A stretch of DNA of 59,239 nt. Origin: Candidatus Aceula lacicola (GTDB taxonomy: Bacteria > Omnitrophota > Gorgyraeia > Zapsychrales > Aceulaceae). The notes below the pieces were generated by a model, which was not told the DNA's origin, searched no databases, and was given only the letters and a program-made list of their open reading frames with translations. The stretch spans positions 1-59,239 of the forward strand of contig JAVCCC010000021.1 of assembly GCA_030765785.1 (NCBI GenBank), in the 5' to 3' direction. Shown one piece after another: positions 10,962 through 24,628 of this stretch (the stretch's first letter is position 1; every line of letters starts with the position of its first letter). The position numbers and the translations under genes are program-made.

Positions 10962-11239
10962 TATGTTACCTCGATTTTGCTTCCTTCTTTAAGCGTTACA
11001 ACTGCTTTTTTCCAATCTGGCGTTCGACCTAAAGCTTGACGGACACGCTTCTTTTTTCCTGGAACGACAATTGTATTTACGTCTTGGACTTTAACTTTAT
11101 AAATACTCTCAATTGCTCTTCGAATATCAACCTTTGTTGAACGACGATCAACTTGAAAAAGGTACTTTCTTTCCAGTTCCAATACAGTTCCTTTTTCGGT
11201 TCGAATGAGTGTTTTAACGATATCGTAACTAATAGCCAT
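10961..11239 (-). CDS. rplW: 50S ribosomal protein L23
   Basis: [17 protein letters not shown]. Confidence 0.98.
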   Translation of the reverse strand: MAISYDIVKTLIRTEKGTVLELERKYLFQVDRRSTKVDIRRAIESIYKVKVQDVNTIVVPGKKKRVRQALGRTPDWKKAVVTLKEGSKIEVT

Positions 11240-11298
11240 TCTTGTAAAACTTTCTTTTATATTTTCTTTGCTTTATTTGTTTGTTAAAAAATATTTTC

Positions 11299-11922
11299 TT
11301 ATTTAATCCGCTCAAGCAACTGTTTAAAAGCAGATTTTGTAATTAAAACTTTTTTACTTTTTAAAATATCATGCGCCGTAACATCACGCGAACGTATCAT
11401 GCTAAAAAATGGAAGATTTTTTGATGCTCGAGTTAATTCTTCATCCACAGAATCAACTAATGCTAAAACTTTCCCTTCTAGCTTTAAACTTTTCAACATT
11501 TTTGCAAAATCTTTTGTCTTATCAGTTTCAGCTGCTAACTTATCAATACAAAAAATATCATCACTGCTATATTTTGCATTCAAACTTGCCCTTAAAGCAG
11601 CATCTCGCATTTTCTTAGGCAATGTATAGCTAAAATCTCTTGGATGCGGACCAAAAGTAGTTCCGCCGCCTTTCCTTAAAGGAGATCGCGTTGATCCAGC
11701 ACGTGATTGTCCTGTTCCTTTTTGGCGATATGGCTTTCTGCCGCCACCTGAAACTTCTGCGCGCTCTTTAGTTGAAGCATTTCCTTGACGAAGATTTGCT
11801 TGATACATCACAATCGCCTGATGCAAAACAGCTTTATTAATACGCCCTCCAAAAACACCTTCTGGAAGATCGATTTCTTCTAATTTCTTTCCTTTGATAT
11901 CATGTACTGTGAACGCTAACAT
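11299..11922 (-). CDS. rplD: 50S ribosomal protein L4
   Basis: RQGNASTKERAEVSGGGRKPYRQKGTG. Confidence 0.99.
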   Translation of the reverse strand: MLAFTVHDIKGKKLEEIDLPEGVFGGRINKAVLHQAIVMYQANLRQGNASTKERAEVSGGGRKPYRQKGTGQSRAGSTRSPLRKGGGTTFGPHPRDFSYTLPKKMRDAALRASLNAKYSSDDIFCIDKLAAETDKTKDFAKMLKSLKLEGKVLALVDSVDEELTRASKNLPFFSMIRSRDVTAHDILKSKKVLITKSAFKQLLERIK

Positions 11923-11923
11923 T

Positions 11924-12631
11924 TTACTTCTTACCCTTTGCTTTAGACTTGCTTTGCTTCATCGGATTTTTCTTACCAACATGCACGGCTTTCTTTTCAT
12001 CCAATGAACGAAATGCTTTTCGTTTTGATTTGTTAATAACAATATAGCTTCTTTTGTGTCCAGGCACTGCGCCTTTAATCATCAAAAGATTATTTTCAAT
12101 ATCGACATCTATAACACGCAATCCTTGCGTTGTTGTCTTTTCTGCACCCATGTGTCCTGGCATATGACGCCCTTTAAACGTTCGAGAAGGATCAGCACTT
12201 GATCCAATGGAACCAACACGTCTGTGATGCATTGATCCGTGTCCCGCTGGACCACCTGACCAATTCCATCGTTTCATGCCACCTTGAAACCCTTTTCCAA
12301 TAGAAACACCTGAAACATCAACAAAATCACCAGCCTGAAATAAATCTGCCTTGATCTCTTGTCCAATTTCACATGGATCTCCCTCTTGCGTCTCAAACTC
12401 CTTGATAACACGCAAGGCCTTAACACCACTCTTCTTGAAAAATCCAAGCTGAGCTTTATTAAGTCGAGATTCTCTTGCTTCCTCATAGCCAAGCTTAACC
12501 TTAACAGGAGATTCTTGAAGCTCAAGAACATAGCATGGTCCTGCTTCAACAACTGTAACGGGAACAACATTTCCGTCTTTGTCAAAAATCTGAGTCATGC
12601 CTAGTTTTTTTCCTAATAAACCGCGAACCAT
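11924..12631 (-). CDS. rplC: 50S ribosomal protein L3 with basic C-terminal tail
   Basis: GKKLGMTQIF, GKGFQG, MPGHMG, KGAVPG. Confidence 0.99.
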   Translation of the reverse strand: MVRGLLGKKLGMTQIFDKDGNVVPVTVVEAGPCYVLELQESPVKVKLGYEEARESRLNKAQLGFFKKSGVKALRVIKEFETQEGDPCEIGQEIKADLFQAGDFVDVSGVSIGKGFQGGMKRWNWSGGPAGHGSMHHRRVGSIGSSADPSRTFKGRHMPGHMGAEKTTTQGLRVIDVDIENNLLMIKGAVPGHKRSYIVINKSKRKAFRSLDEKKAVHVGKKNPMKQSKSKAKGKK

Positions 12632-12643
12632 TTAAAAAATCTC

Positions 12644-12946
12644 CTATTGTTTTATTTCAACGTCAACACCAGCAGGAAGATTGAGCTTTCGTAGAGCCTC
12701 AACAGTTTTTGCTGTTGGGTCAACAAGATCAATCAAACGCTTGTGTGTTGCAAGCTTAAACTGCTCTCTTGATTTCTTATCAATCACAGGAGAACGAAGA
12801 ACTGTAAAAAGTTCTTTTTTTGTTGGAAGAGGCACAGGACCGGAAATTTTAGCTCCAGTCCGCTTTGCCGTCTCAACAATTTCTTCTGTTGATTGATCAA
12901 TCAATCGATGGTCAAAAGCTTTAAGTTTTATTCTTATTTTTTGCAT
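12644..12946 (-). CDS. rpsJ: 30S ribosomal protein S10
   Basis: [30 protein letters not shown]. Confidence 0.99.
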   Translation of the reverse strand: MQKIRIKLKAFDHRLIDQSTEEIVETAKRTGAKISGPVPLPTKKELFTVLRSPVIDKKSREQFKLATHKRLIDLVDPTAKTVEALRKLNLPAGVDVEIKQ

Positions 12947-12957
12947 GTTTGCTTTTC

Positions 12958-14151
12958 TTATTTAATAATCTCTGAAATAACACCAGCGCCAACAGTTCGT
13001 CCACCTTCACGAATAGCAAAACGTAACTCTTTTTCCATTGCGACTGGCATAATCAATTCGATTTCAAGTTCAACGTTATCACCTGGCATAGCCATTTCCA
13101 CACCTGCTGGAAGCTGTGCAGTACCTGTAACGTCTGTTGTTCTAAAATAAAACTGTGGTCGATATCCTTTAAAGAATGGAGTATGTCGTCCACCTTCTTC
13201 TTTTGTTAAAATATAAACAGATGCCTTGAACTTTGTATGAGGTAAAATTGAACCTGGCTTGGCTAAAACCATTCCACGCTCGATAGACTCTTTATCCACA
13301 CCTCGAAGAAGAAGCCCAACGTTGTCGCCAGCTTGTCCTTGATCAAGTTCTTTTCTAAACATTTCAACACCTGTAACAATTGTCTTTCCAACTTCTGGTC
13401 GAAGACCAACGATGTCAACTTCTTCACCAACTTTAACAACGCCTCTTTCAATTCGGCCAGTTGCAACAGTACCACGACCTGAGATTGAAAAAACGTCTTC
13501 AACAGCCATAGAAAAAGGCTTATCTAATTCTCTCTCTGGAGTTGGAATATATTCATCAACAGCTGCCATAAGATCCATGATTGGCTTTGTCTTCTCTTCA
13601 TCATCTTGATTATTTAGCGCATCTAAAGCACTTCCCATAATAATTGGAGTGTTGTCTCCATCATATTTGTATTTTGAAAGAAGCTCTCGAAGCTCTAGCT
13701 CAACAAGCTCAAGAAGTTCTTTATCCTCAACTTGATCACATTTATTTAAGAAAATAACAAGCTTTGGAACGTTTACCTGGCGAGCTAAAAGAATATGTTC
13801 TCTTGTTTGAGGCATAGCACCATCAGCCGCAGATACAACAAGAATAGCGCCATCCATCTGAGCAGCGCCAGTAATCATGTTCTTAATGTAATCAGCATGA
13901 CCTGGACAGTCAATGTGAGCATAATGACGTTTTTCTGTCTCATACTCAAGATGAGCGATATTAATCGTAACGCCTCTTTCTTTTTCTTCTGGAGCGTTAT
14001 CAATCGAATCGTAACTACGAAGCGTAGCCAAACCTTTTTTTGCTAAAATAGTTGTGATCGCCGCACTTAAAGTTGTTTTTCCATGATCAACATGACCAAT
14101 AGTTCCAACATTCAGATGAGGCTTATTTCTTACGAATTTTTCTTTTGCCAT
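12958..14151 (-). CDS. tuf: Elongation factor Tu
   Basis: [35 protein letters not shown]. Confidence 0.99.
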   Translation of the reverse strand: MAKEKFVRNKPHLNVGTIGHVDHGKTTLSAAITTILAKKGLATLRSYDSIDNAPEEKERGVTINIAHLEYETEKRHYAHIDCPGHADYIKNMITGAAQMDGAILVVSAADGAMPQTREHILLARQVNVPKLVIFLNKCDQVEDKELLELVELELRELLSKYKYDGDNTPIIMGSALDALNNQDDEEKTKPIMDLMAAVDEYIPTPERELDKPFSMAVEDVFSISGRGTVATGRIERGVVKVGEEVDIVGLRPEVGKTIVTGVEMFRKELDQGQAGDNVGLLLRGVDKESIERGMVLAKPGSILPHTKFKASVYILTKEEGGRHTPFFKGYRPQFYFRTTDVTGTAQLPAGVEMAMPGDNVELEIELIMPVAMEKELRFAIREGGRTVGAGVISEIIK

Positions 14152-14194
14152 AATCTTTTTCCTCCCTTTAAAATCTAAACTCTTTTTAACGACT

Positions 14195-16279
14195 TTATTT
14201 TCCTGTATTTCTTCCCTGTATTTTTTCGGCTACAAAAGCAGGAACCTCTGCATAATACGCTGGTTCCATCGAGAAAGTAGCACGTCCTTGAGATAGTGAT
14301 CGGATCGCACTGGCATAATTAAACATTTCCGCCAGAGGAACCTCGCAACGAGCTGTTTTTAAAACACCTCTGTTACCCATCTCGGTAATTTTTGCTCGTC
14401 TTGTATTTAGGTCGCCAACAACTGTTCCCATGAATTCTTCTGGAACAACAACTTCAATATCCATAATCGGCTCTAAGAAAACAGGCTTTCCCTTTCGAAG
14501 AGCTTCGCACAGTGCATGTTTTGCAGCCAACTTAAAAGCTAACTCGCTTGAATCAACATCATGATAAGATCCATCAACAAGTGTGACTTCAATACCATCT
14601 ACAGGATAACCACCTAAAACACCATTAAGCGCTGCATTACGAATTCCTTGCTCAACAGGTTTAATATATTCTCGAGGAATCGCTCCGCCTTTAATCTTAT
14701 CAACAAAAGTAATTCCTTTTCCTCTTTCTTCATGAGGCTCAACATTAATAATAACATGTCCGTATTGACCTCGACCACCAGACTGAGTGATATGCTTTCC
14801 GGTGATGCCCATTGCTTTTTGAGTAATTGTTTCTTTGTAAGCAACTTGCGGACGTCCCACTTTTGTCTCAAGACCAAATTCTCTTTTCATGCGATCAACA
14901 ATAATTTCTAGATGAAGCTCTCCCATTCCAGAAATAATTGTCTCACCTGTTTCTTTATCATATTGTGCTTTAAAAGATGGATCTTCGTCTAAGAATTTCT
15001 TTAACGTCATACCCATCTTATCTTGGTCTGCTTTTGTTAGAGGCTCAACAGCCATCGAAACAACTGGCTCAGGAATATTCATACTTTCTAAAACAATTTG
15101 ATTGTCCTGATTGCAAAGCGTATCACCTGATTTCGTTTCTTTTAATCCAACTAAAGCAACAATCTCACCAGCACCTGCTTGGGGCACTATTTCTTGCTTG
15201 TTTGAGTGCATAACAACAATCTTTGAAATCTTCTCTTTAACGCCTTGCGTTGAATTATAAACCGGTGTTCCTGAAATAATTTTTCCAGAATAAATACGCG
15301 TAAAAAACAACTTTCCAACATATGGATCCATAGCAATCTTAAATGCCAAAGCAGCCAAAGGCTCCGAATCTTTTGGCTGACGGACAATCTCTTTTTCAGT
15401 CTTTGGTTCAATTCCTTTGACAGATGGAACATCTAAAGGAGATGGAAGATAAGCACAAACAGCATCCAAAACCATCTGGACGCCTTTGTTTCTAAGTGCG
15501 GTTCCACATAAAACGGGAATAAACGTATTGGCGATAACTGTTCTTCGAATTGCAGCAACAAGATCTTCTGTTGTAATTTCTTGCTCCTCTAAAAACTTCT
15601 CCATCAACTGATCATCAACCTCAGAAACTTTTTCAATTAACACATGTTTATACTCTACTACTTTCGCTTTTAACTCTTCAGGAACATCCTGCTCAATTCT
15701 TTTTGATCCTTCTTTGTCTTCATAGGTAATAAGCTTCTCTCTGATGACATCAACAATGCCCGTAAAATCATCTTCGGCACCAACAGGAAACTGAATTGCT
15801 GCTGCATGCGCACCTAATCGATCATGAGCCTGAACTAAAACATTTTCAAAACTTGCGCCAAGACGATCCATTTTGTTAATAAATAAAATGCGAGGAACTG
15901 AATAACGATCAGCTTGACGCCAAACAGTTTCTGTTTGCGGCTGAACTCCACTTGTTGCGCAAAGCACAACAACAGCTCCATCCAAAACTTTCAAAGAACG
16001 CTCTACTTCAACAGTAAAATCAACGTGTCCTGGAGTATCAATAATATTAATTTTACAATCTTGCCAAAAACATGTTGTATTCGCTGAGGTGATTGTAATA
16101 CCTCTTTCTTGCTCCTGTGCCATCCAATCCATAACAGCCGTTCCTTCGTCAACTGTTCCCATGCGATGAATAACACCAGCATAAAAAAGAATACGTTCTG
16201 TCGTCGTCGTCTTACCTGCATCAATATGCGCGATAATTCCAATATTTCTAACTTGATCTAATGTATGTTTATCTGCCAT
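14195..16279 (-). CDS. fusA: Elongation factor G
   Basis: [39 protein letters not shown]. Confidence 0.99.
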   Translation of the reverse strand: MADKHTLDQVRNIGIIAHIDAGKTTTTERILFYAGVIHRMGTVDEGTAVMDWMAQEQERGITITSANTTCFWQDCKINIIDTPGHVDFTVEVERSLKVLDGAVVVLCATSGVQPQTETVWRQADRYSVPRILFINKMDRLGASFENVLVQAHDRLGAHAAAIQFPVGAEDDFTGIVDVIREKLITYEDKEGSKRIEQDVPEELKAKVVEYKHVLIEKVSEVDDQLMEKFLEEQEITTEDLVAAIRRTVIANTFIPVLCGTALRNKGVQMVLDAVCAYLPSPLDVPSVKGIEPKTEKEIVRQPKDSEPLAALAFKIAMDPYVGKLFFTRIYSGKIISGTPVYNSTQGVKEKISKIVVMHSNKQEIVPQAGAGEIVALVGLKETKSGDTLCNQDNQIVLESMNIPEPVVSMAVEPLTKADQDKMGMTLKKFLDEDPSFKAQYDKETGETIISGMGELHLEIIVDRMKREFGLETKVGRPQVAYKETITQKAMGITGKHITQSGGRGQYGHVIINVEPHEERGKGITFVDKIKGGAIPREYIKPVEQGIRNAALNGVLGGYPVDGIEVTLVDGSYHDVDSSELAFKLAAKHALCEALRKGKPVFLEPIMDIEVVVPEEFMGTVVGDLNTRRAKITEMGNRGVLKTARCEVPLAEMFNYASAIRSLSQGRATFSMEPAYYAEVPAFVAEKIQGRNTGK

Positions 16280-16285
16280 GCTGTT

Positions 16286-16756
16286 TTACCATCTCAAATG
16301 AGCAAAAGCCTGGTTGGCTTCAGCCATCTTGTGTGTTTCATCTCGTTTTTTAACAGCTGGCCCCTCGCCCTTAAAGGCGGCATAAAGCTCGTCGGCTAAT
16401 TTAACTTGAATCGGTTTTCCTTTTTTTGCCAATGCAAAATTTCGAATCCATCGAAGCGCAATAGAGTTGCCTTTAAGAGGCGTGACTTCCATTGGAATCT
16501 GATATGTTGATCCGCCAACTCTTCTTGCCTTGACTTGAAGTTTTGGACGAACATTATCAATCGCTTTAGAAAAAACTTTAACCACATCCTCTTCGGATGT
16601 TTTTTTCTTTAACAAATCAAAGGCACCATATACAATACGCTCTGCCAATGTCTTTTTTCCTTCAAGCATAATCATAGAAATAAAAGTTGAAACCAACTGA
16701 CTTTTATATTTTGGGTCTGGCTGTACCTGTCTTTTTTCTGCTCTACGTCTTCTCAT
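16286..16756 (-). CDS. rpsG: 30S ribosomal protein S7
   Basis: RRVGGSTYQIP, HKMAEANQAFAH. Confidence 0.99.
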   Translation of the reverse strand: MRRRRAEKRQVQPDPKYKSQLVSTFISMIMLEGKKTLAERIVYGAFDLLKKKTSEEDVVKVFSKAIDNVRPKLQVKARRVGGSTYQIPMEVTPLKGNSIALRWIRNFALAKKGKPIQVKLADELYAAFKGEGPAVKKRDETHKMAEANQAFAHLRW

Positions 16757-17127
16757 TACTTTTCTCTTTTAGCTCCATATTTTGATCGTGACTTTTTACG
16801 ACCCTTAACACCTACTGTATCCAGTGTTCCTCGCACAATATGATATCGAACACCTGGCAAATCTTTAACGCGTCCACCTCGAACCAAAACGATAGAATGC
16901 TCTTGCAGATTATGACCTTCACCCGGAATGTAGGAAGTCACTTCCATTTTGTTTGAAAGTCGAACCCTAGCAATTTTCCGCAAAGCCGAATTTGGCTTTT
17001 TAGGAGTCATTGTCTTAACTTGCAAACAAACGCCTCGACGTTGCGGGCAATTCATCAAAGCAGGGGATTTACCCTTCTTGCTCTTCTGTATTCTTCTTTT
17101 CCTGATTAACTGTGTTATTGTCGGCAT
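16756..17127 (-). CDS. rpsL: 30S ribosomal protein S12
   Basis: [23 protein letters not shown]. Confidence 0.99.
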   Translation of the reverse strand: MPTITQLIRKRRIQKSKKGKSPALMNCPQRRGVCLQVKTMTPKKPNSALRKIARVRLSNKMEVTSYIPGEGHNLQEHSIVLVRGGRVKDLPGVRYHIVRGTLDTVGVKGRKKSRSKYGAKREK

Positions 17128-20100
17128 ATTTAACCATCTCTATATTATGATAAGTTTTAAAGCCCGTCCCTGCAGGAATCAAATGTCCCACAATAACGTT
17201 CTCTTTTAGGCCTCGTAAATAGTCCACTTTACCAGAAGTCGCTGCGTCTGTCAAGACTCTTGTCGTCTCCTGGAAACTCGCGGCAGAGATAAAACTCTCC
17301 GTCGACAAAGAGACCTTTGTGATACCTAAAAGAAGCGGTGTTGCTGAAGCAGGCTTACCCTTTTTCTTCAGAACAATTTCATTGGCCTTTTTAAATGCAA
17401 CACGATCAACTTGTTGTCCAACAAGAAATTCTGTGTCACCCGATTCTTCAATTTTAACCTTCTTTAACATCTGTCCGATAATTAACTCAATGTGCTTATC
17501 GCTAATGTTAACCCCTTGCAAGCGATAAACTTCCTGAACTTCATTTAGAAGATATTCTTGCAAAACCTTATCTCCAGAAACTCTCAAAATATCATGCGGA
17601 ACAACTGGTCCTTCAGTCAACTGTTGCCCAGCAAAGACACGGTCACCCTTATAAACATTAGGATGTTTTCCATGAGGAATAACGTACTCTTTGCTCATAC
17701 CTGTTTGACTTCGAACAATAATCTTTCGTGATCCCTTACGGTCTTCGCCAAACTCAATAAATCCATCAATTTCACTGATAACAGCTGGATCCTTTGGTCG
17801 CCTTGCTTCAAAAAGCTCAGCAACACGAGGAAGGCCTCCTGTGATATCGCGTGTTTTTCCAGATGCTCGAGGAATTTTTGCTAAAAGCTCACCAGCACCA
17901 ACATCCTTTTTATCTCGAACAAGAATATGAGCACCAACTGGGATAGAATAAATCCCAAGCACTTCTTTCTTTTGATCTGTAACAATAATTTGAGGATGAA
18001 ATTCTTGCTTATGCTCGACGACAACTCGCTCAGTCACACCTGTAATTGGGTTTTGCTCTTCTTGAATTGTTACATTTTCTTTAATATCTTCAAAATTAAC
18101 AACACCCTTAACTTCTGTAATAATCGGAATTGTATACGGATCCCAATTAACAAAAATAACACCTTTTTTAATTTCAACACCATCAGCAATTTTAATTGTC
18201 GATCCCTGCAAAAGAGGATATCGCTCAAATTCACGACCAAACTCATCGTTAACGCTAATGGAACCATTTCTATTTAAAACGACAAATTCCTGACCTTTTT
18301 GAACAACGCGGAGCTTATGATAATGAACAGCACCACTATTTTTTGAACGAATAAATGACTGTTCAACAGAGCGGCTCGCCGTACCACCAATATGGAACGT
18401 TCTCATTGTTAGCTGTGTTCCAGGCTCACCAATACTTTGCGCTGCGATAGGACCGACAGCTTCTCCGATCTCAACTAATCTTTGCGTCGCTAGATTGCGT
18501 CCATAACAACGAATACAAACACCTCTCTCTGACTCGCATGTTAAAACACTTCGAATACGTACTTTTTCAATACCAAGCTGCTCGATAATCTCTGCTTTTT
18601 CTTCTGTAATTTGCTGACCTGCTTCCACAACAAGCTGATCCGTTACAATATCAACAATATTGTCCAACGCAACACGTCCAACAATGCGTTCTCTTAAACT
18701 AACAACAACTTCATCACCTTCAATAATCGCAGAAACAGTAATACCGTTAACCGTCCCACAATCGTCTTCAGTAACAACAATTTCTTGAGCAACGTCAACC
18801 AGTCGTCGTGTTAAATAACCAGCATCAGCCGTCTTAAGAGCCGTATCAGCCAAACCTTTTCGAGCACCATGAGTTGAAATAAAGTATTCCAAAACCGTTA
18901 AACCTTCACGGAAACTAGCAATAATTGGATTCTCAATAATTTCACCTGATGGTTTTGCCATCAAACCACGCATACCAGAAAGCTGACGAATCTGAAGCCG
19001 TGATCCACGAGCACCAGAATCAGCCATAATGAAAACAGGATTAAATGGATCCATTCCTTTAAAAACTAAATCTGAAATTGATTCAGTTGTATGTGTCCAA
19101 ATATCAATAATTTTATTGTATCGCTCACGTGCAGTAATAATACCCTTGCGATACTGATCTTCAACCTTTGCAACTTCTTGCTTTGAATTCTTTACCAATG
19201 TCTTTTTCTCTTCAGGAATAGTCATATCTGAAATACTAATAGAAATACCAGCATCTGTTGCAGAACGAAAACCTAATGCTTTTAAATCATCTAAAAGAAC
19301 AACCGTAACGTTTTGAGCAAATCGCTTATAGCAATCAGAAATAACAGCTCCTACCTTCTTTTTCGCCATTGTGTCGTTCACAAATCCAAAACTCTTTGGT
19401 AATAAATTATTAAAAACAATACGTCCTATCGTTGTCTCAATTGTTTGATTCTTGCTAGAATCATCCTTTTCACCTTCACCTAATGCTTGCTGTTGCGTAA
19501 TAACCAGCGACGGTCTTTCTTCACCCCAAACTTTTTCATTCTTCAATCTCAGTTTAATACGAGAATGCAGACCAACAAGTCCATCATGATATGCGATAAT
19601 GGCTTCTTCTCTTGATGCAAAAAGTCTTCCCTTGCCAGGACCATCGACCTTATCCTTTGTTAAATAATAAAGTCCCAAAATGATATCTTGTGTTGGAGAA
19701 AGTAGAGGCCTTCCGTCTGCCGGTGAAAAAACATTATTGATTGATAAAAGCTCTAATCGACATTCCATTTGTGCTTCTAATGAAAGAGGGACATGAACAG
19801 CCATCTGATCCCCGTCAAAGTCTGCGTTGAAAGCTGCACAAACTAAAGGATGCAACTGAATTGCTTTTCCTTCAACTAAAACTGGCTGAAAAGCCTGAAT
19901 ACTCAAACGATGAAGCGTTGGAGCACGATTAAGCATAATAGGATGATCTTGAATAACCTCGTCTAAAATATCCCAAACTTCATTCTTAGCGCGCTCAACC
20001 ATTCTCTTCGCACCTTTAATTGTATGAACAAAACCTCTTTCGCGAAGTTTACGAATGATAAAGGGTTCAAACAATTCTAATGCCATTTTCTTCGGCAAAC

Positions 20101-21172
20101 CACACTGATGCAATTTAAGTTCTGGACCAACAACAATAACAGATCGTCCAGAATAATCAACGCGCTTACCTAAAAGATTCATACGGAATCGTCCTTGTTT
20201 TCCCTTAAGCATATCAGACAATGACTTTAACGGACGATTATTTGATCCTAAAACTGGACGTCCATGACGACCATTATCCAAAAGAGCATCAACAGCTTCT
20301 TGAAGCATGCGCTTTTCATTTCGAATAATAATTTCAGGAGCATTTAAATTAATCAATTTTTTTAATCGATTGTTTCTATTGATAACACGTCGATATAAAT
20401 CATTTAAGTCAGAAGTCGCAAATCGTCCACCTTCTAGAGGAACGAGCGGACGCAAATCTGGCGGAATAACTGGCAACGTTTTTAAGACCATCCAAGCAAC
20501 ATCATTTCCAGATTTCTTAAAGTCCTCTGCTGTCTTAAGCGTTTTTGCTAATTTCTTTGCATTTGTTCCGGCTGGATTTGCTTTATCTAAATCTTTGCGA
20601 AGCTGTTTACATAAAACATCTAAATCAACTTGCTGAAGAAGATCAAGAATAGCTTCCGCACCAATTCGTGCTTTAAATGAATCACCATATTTTGCTAAAC
20701 ATTCTTGATATTTTTCTTCTGATAAAAATTGCTTAAATTTTAATTGTGTATCCCCTGGATCAACAACAACGTATTCTTCGTAATAAATAATTTTTTCTAG
20801 ATCTTTAAGTGTGATTTGGAGCAAAGCGGATAAGCGGCTAGGAACAGCTTTGTAAAACCAAATATGAGTCACAGGACAAGCAAGCTCAATATGCCCCATA
20901 CGTTCTCGTCGGACGGATGAACGTGTAACAATAACACCACAACGATCGCAAACAATCCCCTTAAACTTAATTCCCTTATATTTTCCACAATTACACTCCC
21001 AATCACGAACAGGTCCAAAAATTCTTTCGCAAAAAAGACCATCTTTTTCAGGCTTAAGCGTTCGATAGTTTAGCGTTTCAGCTTTTTTAACTTCGCCATT
21101 AGTCCACGACATAATAACGTCTGGAGAAGCCAACTTGATACTAATGCTATCGTAAGTTTTTTCTTGGTTCAT
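17069..21172 (-). CDS. rpoC: RNA polymerase beta' subunit
   Basis: NADFDGD catalytic motif, N-terminal Zn finger, [13 protein letters not shown] followed by trigger-loop insertion, SAASFQET. Confidence 0.99.
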   Translation of the reverse strand: MNQEKTYDSISIKLASPDVIMSWTNGEVKKAETLNYRTLKPEKDGLFCERIFGPVRDWECNCGKYKGIKFKGIVCDRCGVIVTRSSVRRERMGHIELACPVTHIWFYKAVPSRLSALLQITLKDLEKIIYYEEYVVVDPGDTQLKFKQFLSEEKYQECLAKYGDSFKARIGAEAILDLLQQVDLDVLCKQLRKDLDKANPAGTNAKKLAKTLKTAEDFKKSGNDVAWMVLKTLPVIPPDLRPLVPLEGGRFATSDLNDLYRRVINRNNRLKKLINLNAPEIIIRNEKRMLQEAVDALLDNGRHGRPVLGSNNRPLKSLSDMLKGKQGRFRMNLLGKRVDYSGRSVIVVGPELKLHQCGLPKKMALELFEPFIIRKLRERGFVHTIKGAKRMVERAKNEVWDILDEVIQDHPIMLNRAPTLHRLSIQAFQPVLVEGKAIQLHPLVCAAFNADFDGDQMAVHVPLSLEAQMECRLELLSINNVFSPADGRPLLSPTQDIILGLYYLTKDKVDGPGKGRLFASREEAIIAYHDGLVGLHSRIKLRLKNEKVWGEERPSLVITQQQALGEGEKDDSSKNQTIETTIGRIVFNNLLPKSFGFVNDTMAKKKVGAVISDCYKRFAQNVTVVLLDDLKALGFRSATDAGISISISDMTIPEEKKTLVKNSKQEVAKVEDQYRKGIITARERYNKIIDIWTHTTESISDLVFKGMDPFNPVFIMADSGARGSRLQIRQLSGMRGLMAKPSGEIIENPIIASFREGLTVLEYFISTHGARKGLADTALKTADAGYLTRRLVDVAQEIVVTEDDCGTVNGITVSAIIEGDEVVVSLRERIVGRVALDNIVDIVTDQLVVEAGQQITEEKAEIIEQLGIEKVRIRSVLTCESERGVCIRCYGRNLATQRLVEIGEAVGPIAAQSIGEPGTQLTMRTFHIGGTASRSVEQSFIRSKNSGAVHYHKLRVVQKGQEFVVLNRNGSISVNDEFGREFERYPLLQGSTIKIADGVEIKKGVIFVNWDPYTIPIITEVKGVVNFEDIKENVTIQEEQNPITGVTERVVVEHKQEFHPQIIVTDQKKEVLGIYSIPVGAHILVRDKKDVGAGELLAKIPRASGKTRDITGGLPRVAELFEARRPKDPAVISEIDGFIEFGEDRKGSRKIIVRSQTGMSKEYVIPHGKHPNVYKGDRVFAGQQLTEGPVVPHDILRVSGDKVLQEYLLNEVQEVYRLQGVNISDKHIELIIGQMLKKVKIEESGDTEFLVGQQVDRVAFKKANEIVLKKKGKPASATPLLLGITKVSLSTESFISAASFQETTRVLTDAATSGKVDYLRGLKENVIVGHLIPAGTGFKTYHNIEMVKYADNNTVNQEKKNTEEQEG

Positions 21173-21178
21173 AGTGAT

Positions 21179-24100
21179 CTATTTTCCTTTTTTTCGCTCT
21201 TGGGACTCTGCTTGTGAATTTTCCATACGGATATCCAAGCATAAGCCTTGCAATTCTTTAATGAGAACATTGAATGATTCTGGAGTTCCTGGAGTTAATT
21301 TCTGTTCACCTTTAACAATCGCTTCATAAATGCGACTACGTCCAGCGACGTCGTCACTTTTGACTGTAAGCATTTCTTGCAAAGTGTATGCTGCCCCGTA
21401 TGCTTCAAGGGCCCAAACTTCCATTTCTCCAAAACGCTGTCCACCAAAATGAGCTTTTCCACCTAACGGCTGTTGCGTAACAAGTGAATACGGCCCAATG
21501 GATCGCGCATGAATTTTTTCGTCAACAAGATGAATAAGCTTAAGCATATAGATGTAGCCAATTGTGACTTTCTGATCAAATGGAAGTCCTGTGTATCCAT
21601 CGTAAACAGATGTCTTTCCATCTACTGGCAACTCTGCTTCTTTTAAAAGACCGCGAATCTCCTCTTCAGTCGCACCATTAAAAACAGGTGTTTCACATTC
21701 GAGACCAAGAACGTGTGCAGCCCAACCTAAATGTGTTTCCAAGAGCTGTCCAACATTCATTCGAGAAGGAACTCCTAATGGATTCAAAATAATTTCAATC
21801 GGCGTACCATCTTCTAAAAAAGGCATGTCCTCTTCTGGTAAAATGCGAGCAACGACACCTTTGTTTCCATGTCGCCCAGCCATCTTGTCACCTTCAGAAA
21901 CTTTACGCTTTGTTGCAATGTAAACAACAACTTTCTTTAAAACGCCAGCTGGAAGCTCATCGCCACGCTTAACTTTTTCTATCTCATGCTCTTGCTCTTC
22001 CATTAATTCTTCTGCTCGATCTTCAAAAAATCTTAAAGCATCAGCTGCGTCTTCATCTTTTTTAATTTCACGAAGACCCATTTTTGCTAATTTTGCACTA
22101 TTAATTCCAAAAATCTTACATAACTTCTTTTCTTTTTCCTCTTCTAAAAATTGAAGTTCTTGTTTGTAATAATGCTTCACCTTATCAGTTGCAATAATTT
22201 CTTTCTTCTTATCTTCTTTTGACTTTCGCCCACGTTCCGTGCGTTGAAAAACTTCAACGTTAACAACAACACCTTCTTCTCCTGGAGGAAGAGTCAATGA
22301 TGAATCTTTAATATCAGCGGCTTTTTCACCAAAAATAGCACGCAGCAATCTCTCTTCTGGAGAAAGCTCTTTTTCGCTTTTTGGTGTAACTTTTCCGACG
22401 AGAATATAACCAGCTTTAACTTCTGCGCCGATACGAACAATACCGTCTTCTGTTAAATCTTTAAGCGCTTCTTCGCCAACATTTGGAATGTCACGCGTAA
22501 TTTCTTCATTTCCAAGACGCGTTTCACGAGATTCAACTTCAAACTTCTCTATATGAATTGAGGTATACTTGTCCTCTTTAACTAATTTCTGACTCAAAAT
22601 AATCGCGTCTTCAAAGTTATACCCTCTCCATGACATAAACGCGACTAAAATATTGCGTCCTAAAGCAAGCTTACCATTCTTTGTTGCCATGCCATCTGCG
22701 ATGACTTGGCCTTCTTGAACATAATCCCCTAATTTAACAAGAGGTTTTTGATGAGTACATGTGTTAGAATTTGATCGAACATAGTTCTTCAAATTATATG
22801 TTGTTTTTCCAACCGTGATCTCTGTCGCATCAACATTAACGACTTTTCCTGATTCCTTAGCAATAACAACAGTTCCAGAATCCCTAGCAACCGTTGATTC
22901 CATTCCCGTGCCAACATAAGGAACTTCTGTAGCCATCAAAGGAACAGCCTGACGTTGCATGTTTGATCCCATCAAAGCTCTGTTTGCATCATCATGTTCC
23001 AAGAATGGAATAAGCGATGTCGCTGCAGAAACCAGCTGCTTAGGCGAGACATCCATATACTCTACCTTGCTTGGATGAGCATACGGAAAATCTGCACGAT
23101 AACGGCAAGAAATATCTTTTTCTAAAAAATTACCAGCTTTATCAATTAGAGTATTTGCCTGTGCAATATATTTTGTCTGATCAATATCAGCTGTTAAATA
23201 CTCAATTTTGTTCGTTACACGCCCATCAATAACTTTACGATATGGTGTTTCGATAAAACCTAAGTCATTAACACGTGCGCATGTTGCTAAAGAAGCGATA
23301 AGTCCAATATTTGGACCTTCAGGTGTTTCAATCGGACAAACGCGGCCATAATGTGTATGATGAACGTCTCGAACTTCAAAACCAGCTCGTTCTCGAGATA
23401 ACCCGCCAGGACCTAAAGCACTGACACGTCTTTTATGCGTTGTCTCTGCTAAAGGATTGCCCTGATCTAAAAACTGAGATAACTGGCTACGACCAAAGAA
23501 ATCTTGAACTTGACTTGAAAATAATCGAGAATTGATTAAATGATGCGCTGTTAAATTCTCAAATGTATTCATAACAACAAGACGCTCTTTAATCGATCTT
23601 TCAATTCTAGCAAGCCCAATGCGAACTTGATTCTGAACAAGTTCTCCGACGGTCTTAATGCGTCGATTACCAAGATGATCAATATCATCTGTCTCACCTT
23701 GACCATCTCTTAATTTAAATAAATATTTAATAACTTCAGCAACCGTTGCTAAATCAAGAATGCGATTATCTAAATCAACATTCATATTAAGTTTTCGGTT
23801 AATAATATAACGGCCAACTTTACTTAACTCATATCGTTTTGGCTCAAAAAATAATCTAAAAAATAAGCTATCAGCAACTTCAATCGTGGCTGGCTCTGTC
23901 GGTCTCATCTTGCGATAAAAATCAAGAAGCGCTTCTTCTTTTGTTGTTGTATGATCCTTCTCTAACGTGTTAGCTAACTTACTTAAATCATCTCCGAAAA
24001 GTTTTTTCATCTCTTCTTCTGTTGAAAGCCCCATAATACGTAGAATTTGAGTCGCAGGGAAACTCCTTCTACGATCAATGTAAGCCAAAAGAACATCGTT

Positions 24101-24628
24101 TAAATCATACTTAATCTCAAACCAAGCACCACGCGAAGGAATAATGCGTCCTTGATAAATGCTTTTTCCAGTCGGATGCATTTCTTGCTCAAAAGAAACC
24201 CCTGGTGGTCGCTGAATTTGCGAAACAGCAACTCGCTCATCTCCATTGATAATAAAAGTGCCTGTTTCTGTGATAAGAGGAAAATCGCCAAAATAAACTT
24301 CTTGCTCTTTGACCTCTACAGGCGTAATGAGCCTTAGCTTTACTTTTAAAGGTGCAGAATATGTCATTCCACGCCTTTGGCATTCACGAGAAGAATATTT
24401 TTCTTTTCCAAGATGATAACTGACGTACTCCAAGCGAACTTGGCCATCATAACTCTCAAATGGAAATGCTTCCTGAAAAGCTTCTTCAAGACCACAGCTA
24501 TCTCTTTCTTCAGGATTCACATACCTTTGCAAAAAACTTGCATAAGACACAACCTGGATATCAAGCAAATTTGGAAGTTGAAAATTATCTTTATATTTGC
24601 TGAAATCTTTTATTTTTCTTTTTTTCAT
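21179..24628 (-). CDS. rpoB: RNA polymerase beta subunit
   Basis: [48 protein letters not shown]. Confidence 0.99.
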   Translation of the reverse strand: MKKRKIKDFSKYKDNFQLPNLLDIQVVSYASFLQRYVNPEERDSCGLEEAFQEAFPFESYDGQVRLEYVSYHLGKEKYSSRECQRRGMTYSAPLKVKLRLITPVEVKEQEVYFGDFPLITETGTFIINGDERVAVSQIQRPPGVSFEQEMHPTGKSIYQGRIIPSRGAWFEIKYDLNDVLLAYIDRRRSFPATQILRIMGLSTEEEMKKLFGDDLSKLANTLEKDHTTTKEEALLDFYRKMRPTEPATIEVADSLFFRLFFEPKRYELSKVGRYIINRKLNMNVDLDNRILDLATVAEVIKYLFKLRDGQGETDDIDHLGNRRIKTVGELVQNQVRIGLARIERSIKERLVVMNTFENLTAHHLINSRLFSSQVQDFFGRSQLSQFLDQGNPLAETTHKRRVSALGPGGLSRERAGFEVRDVHHTHYGRVCPIETPEGPNIGLIASLATCARVNDLGFIETPYRKVIDGRVTNKIEYLTADIDQTKYIAQANTLIDKAGNFLEKDISCRYRADFPYAHPSKVEYMDVSPKQLVSAATSLIPFLEHDDANRALMGSNMQRQAVPLMATEVPYVGTGMESTVARDSGTVVIAKESGKVVNVDATEITVGKTTYNLKNYVRSNSNTCTHQKPLVKLGDYVQEGQVIADGMATKNGKLALGRNILVAFMSWRGYNFEDAIILSQKLVKEDKYTSIHIEKFEVESRETRLGNEEITRDIPNVGEEALKDLTEDGIVRIGAEVKAGYILVGKVTPKSEKELSPEERLLRAIFGEKAADIKDSSLTLPPGEEGVVVNVEVFQRTERGRKSKEDKKKEIIATDKVKHYYKQELQFLEEEKEKKLCKIFGINSAKLAKMGLREIKKDEDAADALRFFEDRAEELMEEQEHEIEKVKRGDELPAGVLKKVVVYIATKRKVSEGDKMAGRHGNKGVVARILPEEDMPFLEDGTPIEIILNPLGVPSRMNVGQLLETHLGWAAHVLGLECETPVFNGATEEEIRGLLKEAELPVDGKTSVYDGYTGLPFDQKVTIGYIYMLKLIHLVDEKIHARSIGPYSLVTQQPLGGKAHFGGQRFGEMEVWALEAYGAAYTLQEMLTVKSDDVAGRSRIYEAIVKGEQKLTPGTPESFNVLIKELQGLCLDIRMENSQAESQERKKGK

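Noticed and set aside
23400-23500. Possible rifampicin-resistance substitutions in RpoB cluster I
   Set aside because: Residues equivalent to E. coli Q513, D516, H526 and S531 are all retained
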